From assembly GCA_038245785.1 (NCBI GenBank), contig JBBRSB010000001.1, forward strand, positions 128,001-192,000: a stretch of 64,000 nucleotides of DNA. Reading direction: 5' to 3'. The translations under genes were made by a program, and so were the position numbers. The notes below the pieces were generated by a model, which was not told where the DNA came from, did no database searches, and worked only from the letters and a program-made list of their open reading frames with translations. The stretch's first letter is position 1. The number at the start of each line of letters is the position of its first letter. Shown piece by piece: positions 58,222 through 64,000 of the stretch. This DNA comes from Gloeobacterales cyanobacterium. GTDB taxonomy: Bacteria > Cyanobacteriota > Cyanobacteriia > Gloeobacterales > PMM-0068.

Positions 58222-59128
58222 ATATTTTTGCATCACTGACTGTTTGGTACATGGAACGCAGCCTGTTTAAAGTAGGTAAGGTCAGAGTTTGTTTAAATCT
58301 TTGAATAGCTGGATACATGAGGTCTTGCCGATCTAGGCTATGGTCCAAAAGGCCCAGAGCATGGCCAAGTTCATGGGCCATGATGAAAGTGTGGGTTCTT
58401 GCGGGGTAGAGATTGTACTCGCTATCCACAAGATCTATATCAATAGATGCTTGGTCGATCCTTTGCCAGATTTGGCCGTTCGGGAGCTTAACCTCTGTCC
58501 TTTCTGGAAGGGTGCTTCCTGCCACAGCGCCATTTAGTTCTTTCCATTGAACGGTGATATCGGCCTCTGTTGGACTGGCTGTTTCTTGAAAGGCAACGTA
58601 TTTCCCCATAACTGGACCCATGTTTACAGCCCAGAGTCCATTCCATACATTCAGAGCTTCACGGATAGCAGGGCCATAGGTGGCAGGACTGTCAGCAGGG
58701 GGAGTTTCAATCCAAACTTTTAGGGGAAAACGATGGGGGTCCCAGGCAACAGGTCCTTTTCCTGGGGGATTATTATCCGCGCGGTTTAACGCTACATCTC
58801 CTGTAGAGGTGGGAGGCGTAAAGTTGTGCTGTTGAATGATCGCCTCTTTAATTTTACTCTTGGGGCTACTTTCCTGAAAGGGAATGACTACGGTGATTTC
58901 ATCGCCCCTCTTTTGCAGCAGGGTGTTCAGATTGATGCTCTTCAGATCAGCACTGGCAGCCAGTCCCCCAGCCTGTCGTATTAGTTCTCCCAGCGTGGTT
59001 TGGTCTTTGAGAATATAAGGCCCTGGAGATTTCACTGCCCCACGAATAGTAACCAAAAGGTCCGCCTGGGCACTTCCTCCAGACAGAATAAGCAAAGCCA
59101 GAGGCAACACCCACCAACGATGATTCAT
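58220..59128 (-). CDS. Secreted SLBB-domain plus matrixin (M10-like) metalloprotease
   Basis: Signal AQA; V.I.GAV..PG.Y.L.....L..LI..AGGL...ADL..INL (SLBB); HELGHALGLLDHS...DLMYP metzincin. Confidence 0.8.
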   Translation of the reverse strand: MNHRWWVLPLALLILSGGSAQADLLVTIRGAVKSPGPYILKDQTTLGELIRQAGGLAASADLKSINLNTLLQKRGDEITVVIPFQESSPKSKIKEAIIQQHNFTPPTSTGDVALNRADNNPPGKGPVAWDPHRFPLKVWIETPPADSPATYGPAIREALNVWNGLWAVNMGPVMGKYVAFQETASPTEADITVQWKELNGAVAGSTLPERTEVKLPNGQIWQRIDQASIDIDLVDSEYNLYPARTHTFIMAHELGHALGLLDHSLDRQDLMYPAIQRFKQTLTLPTLNRLRSMYQTVSDAKI

Positions 59129-59255
59129 AGGCCCAAATTTCGCTTTCTGTATCCTAGAAACTTTGCGTACAGAGTATTTAAGGGCTTGATGAAGCTTTGA
59201 CGCTTAGTTTGGATACAGGCTTGGGTACTCTATGGTGTAAATAAGCTTTGCTGTC

Positions 59256-59726
59256 ATGATTAAAACGCTCTTTCAATCTCTGCCTATTCAAGCCTGGAGC
59301 TCCCTCGAACAGCGTTCCTACGGCCCAGGAGATGTGATTTGTCACGAGGGAGACTTGGGCAATGAGATGTTCATCATCCACTCTGGAAAAGTTCTAGTCT
59401 GCAAAGCGGTAGAGTCTCAAATTGAAACGGTATTGGCTCGTTTTGGCCCAGGCGAGTGCTTCGGAGAATTTTCACTTTTTGACAACGCTCCCCGTTCGGC
59501 TACGGTTCAAGCAGAGGAAGCCACTGAACTACTGGTGTTCACACGCTCAAATTTAGAAACTTTGATTGAAAAAGATCCGACCTTGGCGGCTAACTTTCTG
59601 CTCGTGATCTTGGATGAGATAGCCCATCGCGTCCGCTCTACCAATGAGCAATTGAATGAAGCTATCCGCTGGGGTTTGCAAGCACGGGGCTATGATTCAG
59701 AAGAGCAGGAATCTAGCTGTAACTAA
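59256..59726 (+). CDS. Stand-alone cyclic nucleotide-binding domain protein
   Basis: ICHEGD.G.EMFII.SG.V, FGEFSL.D.APRSATV.A; no HTH. Confidence 0.9.
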   Translation: MIKTLFQSLPIQAWSSLEQRSYGPGDVICHEGDLGNEMFIIHSGKVLVCKAVESQIETVLARFGPGECFGEFSLFDNAPRSATVQAEEATELLVFTRSNLETLIEKDPTLAANFLLVILDEIAHRVRSTNEQLNEAIRWGLQARGYDSEEQESSCN

Positions 59727-59739
59727 GGGACGTCTCTCA

Positions 59740-59774
59740 TCTAACCCACCTAATGGAGGGTTAGACGCTTTTTT
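59740..59774 (+). terminator. Putative intrinsic terminator
   Basis: TCTAACCC...GGGTTAGA stem then TTTTTT. Confidence 0.6.
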
Positions 59775-59980
59775 AGCAGTAATCATCGCCGAGTTTCCTT
59801 TGAGAACTGCTACATTTAGGCTGCAATTTTTAGCAGAATAAGTATTTTTACTTGCATAGACTAGGTGAATAGAGAATAGAATGCATGTGACTATGTTGCA
59901 TCTTTTATAGGGCGAGAATATACTTCTGTGCCCTGTGATACAACTTTTTAGACAAGTCTAATATTCCCCATTTCGACTCT

Positions 59981-61606
59981 ATGTCAAATACAAAACTTGG
60001 AAAAATTACAGGCTTATCAACTAGCTGGTTCTATGTTTTTCTGACTGTCGTTATTATCTTTGGGAGCGTACTGAGATGCATTAATATTGACAGCCGCGTA
60101 TACTGGTACGACGAAATTTTCACTTCGTTTCGTATTGCAGGATATCGTCTAGCAGAAGTTAAACAGGAGCTTATAAATAAATCGACAGCAACCCCTTCAG
60201 ATCTGATGGTATACCAACGTCCTAGTTCTGAAAGGAGCTTAGCTGCAACAGTGCAAGGGTTGATAGCTGAAGAGCCACAGCATACTCCTATCTATTTTGT
60301 GCTAGCACGTCTTTGGACAGAGCAGTTTAAGGACTTTGGAAGTACAGTGCTAGTACTACGAAGTTTTTCAGTCTTTGTAAGTCTGCTATCTTTCCTCTGC
60401 CTATATTGGCTATGTCTTGAGTTGTTTGACTCTCCTTATGTAGGGCTTATAGCCGTAGCGATGATGGCAGTTTCTCCCTTTCACTTCGTTTATGCCCAAG
60501 AAGCTCGCCCTCCTGTCCTATGGATTTTTGCCATTATGTTATCGAGTGCTTCTTTACTAAGAGCACTACGCCTGAACACGAAGCTTAGTTGGATTGCCTA
60601 TGCACTCTCTGTAGTTCTCAATCTTTATACCTTTTTGTTTTCAGTGTTTGTCCTGGCTAGCCATGGAATTTACGTTGTTCTGATGCAAGGGGGTCGCCTG
60701 ACAAAGACCACCATTGCTTATTTGATTGCAACGATTGTAGGTCTATTAGCTTTTCTACCTTGGCTCTTAGTAATCGCCTCTAACCTAAGGGTGGTGAACA
60801 ATGCAACAGGATGGTCATCAGTAAAGATTGGCTCTCTAAATTTACTCAAAATGACACTGAATAATCTTAGAGATGTATTTTTTTCTTTCGGCCAGGGGTA
60901 TGGCTATTTAACTTTTCTCTTGCTAACTCTCATAGCATTTTCCCTTTATTTTTTGTGGCGTAAAGCCCCTAAGTCGGTTTGGATATTTGTGTTTAGTCTT
61001 ATTGGCGTTACTGTTATCGCTTTGCTTGTCCCTGACCTCATCCGTGGTGGGGAAAGTCGCTCTACAGCTTCTCGATATTTTATTGCTCCCTACCTGGGTG
61101 TACATCTATCTCTTGCCTATCTGTTCTGTATGCAGGGAAGTGCTGCTGTCAGATGGTCCAGAAACTTTTGGCAAGCGATTACTGCTTTCTTGCTGGCTCT
61201 TGGTACAGCATCTTGTATTGCCATCTCCCAATCTGAGTTTTCCTTTAATACAACTATCTATCGCCATACCATAACGCTAGCCAGAACGATAAACAAATAT
61301 GAACATCCTCTCATTGTCATGAGTACTAAGTACCCCAATAATATCATTGCAGCAATTTGTCTTAGTTACTGGCTGAAGTCTGATACCCAATTCCGATTTG
61401 TTACTGATACCTATCAAAACCAGTTTTCTGAACGCACAAAGGCTGTTTTTGTATATGGCGGTGATTCTAATCTTTTAATAAGTTCTAATCATCCAAAATA
61501 TCAGCCCAAACTAATTTTTGATGATCTCAAGAATCAATACAGTACCTCTGAAAATCTTTGGTACCTGGAGGAGAGACAAGGGAAACAGGAAGCTGGAGCA
61601 CGTTAA
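59981..61606 (+). CDS. GT39/ArnT-like (PMT-family) membrane glycosyltransferase
   Basis: YWYDE..T, EPQHTPIYF, SPFH..YAQEARP, many TM helices. Confidence 0.85.
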   Translation: MSNTKLGKITGLSTSWFYVFLTVVIIFGSVLRCINIDSRVYWYDEIFTSFRIAGYRLAEVKQELINKSTATPSDLMVYQRPSSERSLAATVQGLIAEEPQHTPIYFVLARLWTEQFKDFGSTVLVLRSFSVFVSLLSFLCLYWLCLELFDSPYVGLIAVAMMAVSPFHFVYAQEARPPVLWIFAIMLSSASLLRALRLNTKLSWIAYALSVVLNLYTFLFSVFVLASHGIYVVLMQGGRLTKTTIAYLIATIVGLLAFLPWLLVIASNLRVVNNATGWSSVKIGSLNLLKMTLNNLRDVFFSFGQGYGYLTFLLLTLIAFSLYFLWRKAPKSVWIFVFSLIGVTVIALLVPDLIRGGESRSTASRYFIAPYLGVHLSLAYLFCMQGSAAVRWSRNFWQAITAFLLALGTASCIAISQSEFSFNTTIYRHTITLARTINKYEHPLIVMSTKYPNNIIAAICLSYWLKSDTQFRFVTDTYQNQFSERTKAVFVYGGDSNLLISSNHPKYQPKLIFDDLKNQYSTSENLWYLEERQGKQEAGAR

Positions 61607-61710
61607 GCTTGACATCCATCAGGCGTTGGTTTTGGTCGCTCGATGTTTCTGAATTTTGTTTAGACGAAAACATACCTTTAACCATGGGGGAAATATGGTG
61701 AAGCCGTCAC

Positions 61711-62160
61711 CTAATTGGCCCACGCCATATCCAAAAGGTGACCTAGCCGCTGGACGCTCATCCAATCTAGACCCCGCAATGTAGCGAGGGTCTGCTTAGG
61801 GTCGGCGGTTTTGATGAATTGCTGGCAGAACTGCTCCCAACCAAAAAGTTGAATCATTAGAGCGCACTGGCTTGGGCCTAATGCCGTTTCAGGATCCAGC
61901 CATTCTTCCAATTCAGCAGCCGTACCCCGATCGACAGTGTAGGGGTCAAAATTCTGGTAAATCCGGGCTAAGTCTGGCCATAGGTCAATTAGTCTACTTT
62001 CTCCCAGCGCACGGCTATAGACGGTCCAGCAATAAGCTTCATAGAATCTTTGAGGAGTCAGGGAGGAAGACATGGCGGGGGAAAGATTTGTGGAGGAAGA
62101 CGTTTGGACAAACATGGTGGACCTCGGGGGACAGGCGGTAGCAGTGATTAGTTCATTCAA
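61711..62160 (-). CDS. Hypothetical protein
   Basis: 149-aa ORF; C-terminal two-thirds looks protein-like; start uncertain. Confidence 0.5.
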   Translation of the reverse strand: MNELITATACPPRSTMFVQTSSSTNLSPAMSSSLTPQRFYEAYCWTVYSRALGESRLIDLWPDLARIYQNFDPYTVDRGTAAELEEWLDPETALGPSQCALMIQLFGWEQFCQQFIKTADPKQTLATLRGLDWMSVQRLGHLLDMAWAN

Positions 62161-62727
62161 GCTTTGAGAACATTATGGAGGAAATATTAAGGCCCTTTTT
62201 GAAGGGTGGCTAAAGACTACTTAAGTGCTGAGTCAAGAGTGTTTGACGCATGTTTGTACTTGAGGTGTTTTTGTCTATATTTTGCTGTGATATCCCATGC
62301 CAGCAAGACTTTAGAAGATTTTTTCATTACGTTTAAATATCAATTTGGCAATTATTTGCAAGTGATAAAGAGGATTTGTAGCAAATGTGTACTTGAGTTT
62401 TCTTTGTTTTTAATAAATTAGTACTACTAAAATCAGTCCTAGGGAGAACATTTAAAATGGCCAGTCCGTGTCAAGCCTAACAATAGAAGATCATTCAGCA
62501 AATTCACGATAAAGTTCCCCGATTGGGTATTCATCTATTGCTTTTTCCCTCCTAAATATCTCTATTTGGAGACAGTATACAGATTTTGTAAAAGCATCTT
62601 AACTATACACTTTCTTTAAAAACCTCTAAGCCTCGCTGGGTAATATAGCACTAGGTAACTAACTATTAAGTGCATAAATTTGCCTAAGTTCGTTCTGTGT
62701 ACTAACTGAGTATGAGTCTCCTTAGCT

Positions 62728-63345
62728 ATGAACAAGTCCTCTATGCAAGTTACATCGATTGAAAAAGAAGGCCAAGACATGAAGAAATCCCAAGACCAAT
62801 TGCCAACTTTTGAAGATGCTGTTGGCACGCTTAATTTTATGGGGATTTCAATTAAGCGGTTAGTGAAAGTTCAGTCCAAGGTAGACCGTCAGATCATCAT
62901 GTTTCAAGTTCATTTGCAAAATTTTGCATTTCTGGCTGAGATTGTGCAGGAAATAGTTCCGATGAGTAGTGTTTATGAAGACCAGCTATTTGCCAATATG
63001 GAAGCCACGACGTACAAAGGGCAAGAACTCACCTTGATTGATACACGGCATCACATTTTCCGAGAAGAAGCCAGTCAAGTTATACCTGTTCATGGTCACT
63101 ATCTAATTATCCTGAGGAATTCTCTAGGAGGCTTTTGGGGAGTTCTACTCGATTCTCCCTACACCTTCCAATGGGTCAATGAGTCTGCCTTTGCTCCCGT
63201 GACGCTGACGCATCCTTCTTTGAAATATATACACCGTGTCAGTTGGTTCTCTATCCGAACCGAGGAGAAGACGAACCTCTTTCTATTAGATGAGGACAAA
63301 ATGACTCAGGCCTTTGCTGGGCAAACTCAAGAGTTGGCTGGATAA
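62728..63345 (+). CDS. CheW-like protein (divergent)
   Basis: F......FA.....[19 protein letters not shown]....G.FWGVLLD.P pattern. Confidence 0.55.
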   Translation: MNKSSMQVTSIEKEGQDMKKSQDQLPTFEDAVGTLNFMGISIKRLVKVQSKVDRQIIMFQVHLQNFAFLAEIVQEIVPMSSVYEDQLFANMEATTYKGQELTLIDTRHHIFREEASQVIPVHGHYLIILRNSLGGFWGVLLDSPYTFQWVNESAFAPVTLTHPSLKYIHRVSWFSIRTEEKTNLFLLDEDKMTQAFAGQTQELAG

Positions 63346-64000
63346 CGTTCCAACGTCTGTCGCAGGAAATATCCCGTATGAGATTCAGGATGGGCAGCCA
63401 CTTGTTCCGGAGTACCTGTGGCAATAATCTGTCCTCCTCGGCGGCCACCCTCTGGTCCCAGGTCAACAATCCAGTCTGATGTACGGATAATATCCAAATT
63501 GTGCTCAATCACCACAATCGAATTACCTGCATCTACGAGTTGGTGAAGTACGTTCAATAGCTTATGAACATCATAGAAAGAAAGTCCCGTGGAGGGTTCA
63601 TCTAAAAGATAGAGCGTTTTTCCTGTAGACCGACGAGATAATTCAGTCGCTAATTTCACTCTTTGCGCCTCTCCTCCAGACAGCGTAGGAGCAGGTTGCC
63701 CAACCCGTATATAGTCCAAACCGACATCATGGAGCGTTTTCAATTTTGTCGCTACTTTTGGAATACTTTCGAAGAAATCCAAAGCTTCTTCTACGGTCAT
63801 TTCCAAGACATCGGCAATCGATTTGCCTTTAAATTTAATCTGTAGCGTTTCCCGGTTGTAGCGTTTGCCTTTACAGACTTCGCAGGGAACATAGACATCC
63901 GGCAGGAAATTCATCTCAATGACATTCACTCCTTCCCCCCGACAAGATTCACAGCGTCCACCTTTGACATTGAATGAAAATCGACCTTTCTGATAGCCTC
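63327..64000 (-). CDS. uvrA: Excinuclease ABC subunit A, C-terminal part (continues beyond window)
   Basis: [62 protein letters not shown]. Confidence 0.97.
   Translation of the reverse strand, partial: GYQKGRFSFNVKGGRCESCRGEGVNVIEMNFLPDVYVPCEVCKGKRYNRETLQIKFKGKSIADVLEMTVEEALDFFESIPKVATKLKTLHDVGLDYIRVGQPAPTLSGGEAQRVKLATELSRRSTGKTLYLLDEPSTGLSFYDVHKLLNVLHQLVDAGNSIVVIEHNLDIIRTSDWIVDLGPEGGRRGGQIIATGTPEQVAAHPESHTGYFLRQTLERYPANS

Noticed and set aside
59886..59901. CRP-like site TGTGA-N6-TGCAT near the cNMP-binding gene
   Set aside because: The second half-site is poor and the neighbouring protein has no DNA-binding domain.
62206..62421. 71-aa ORF in AT-rich intergenic DNA
   Set aside because: No RBS, atypical Cys/Phe-rich composition; likely non-coding promoter region.

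Overview
Cyanobacterial chromosome segment (petC-petA, ndhN, DUF3067, NtcA boxes, XisH/XisI, DUF29). Scarce HIP1, divergent petCA/ndhN and a stand-alone rplK hint at an early-branching lineage such as Gloeobacterales, but this is inference only. From left to right the window holds: the end of a polysaccharide cluster (ABC exporter, GT2-deacetylase fusion, APH-like kinase); a DUF2126 ligase with a Met-rich Zn-ribbon partner; NADH-GOGAT gltB/gltD; redox/stress enzymes; a desaturase-SDR-creatininase operon and divergent ABC binding protein with back-to-back NtcA boxes; defence island 1 (23.6-31.1 kb); a GT28-GH1 pair; a cytochrome b/c plus two-component operon; defence island 2 (38.8-46.9 kb: eroded TA modules, AAC(6')-Ib-like acetyltransferase, YhcG, orphan HsdR, HigBA); and housekeeping genes (rplK, cobM, ndhN, ispG, petC, petA, uvrA). 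The best candidate for a notable system is at 26171-29856. A small helical Bell-like protein and a translationally coupled nSTAND1-TM-WD40 NLR share a ~30-aa Q/N/G/V-rich motif (effector C-terminus, NLR N-terminus) that is conserved in protein but divergent at synonymous sites, the hallmark of prion-like amyloid signalling. No rRNA, tRNA or bona fide CRISPR array was seen. All calls come from reading the sequence; no database search was run.
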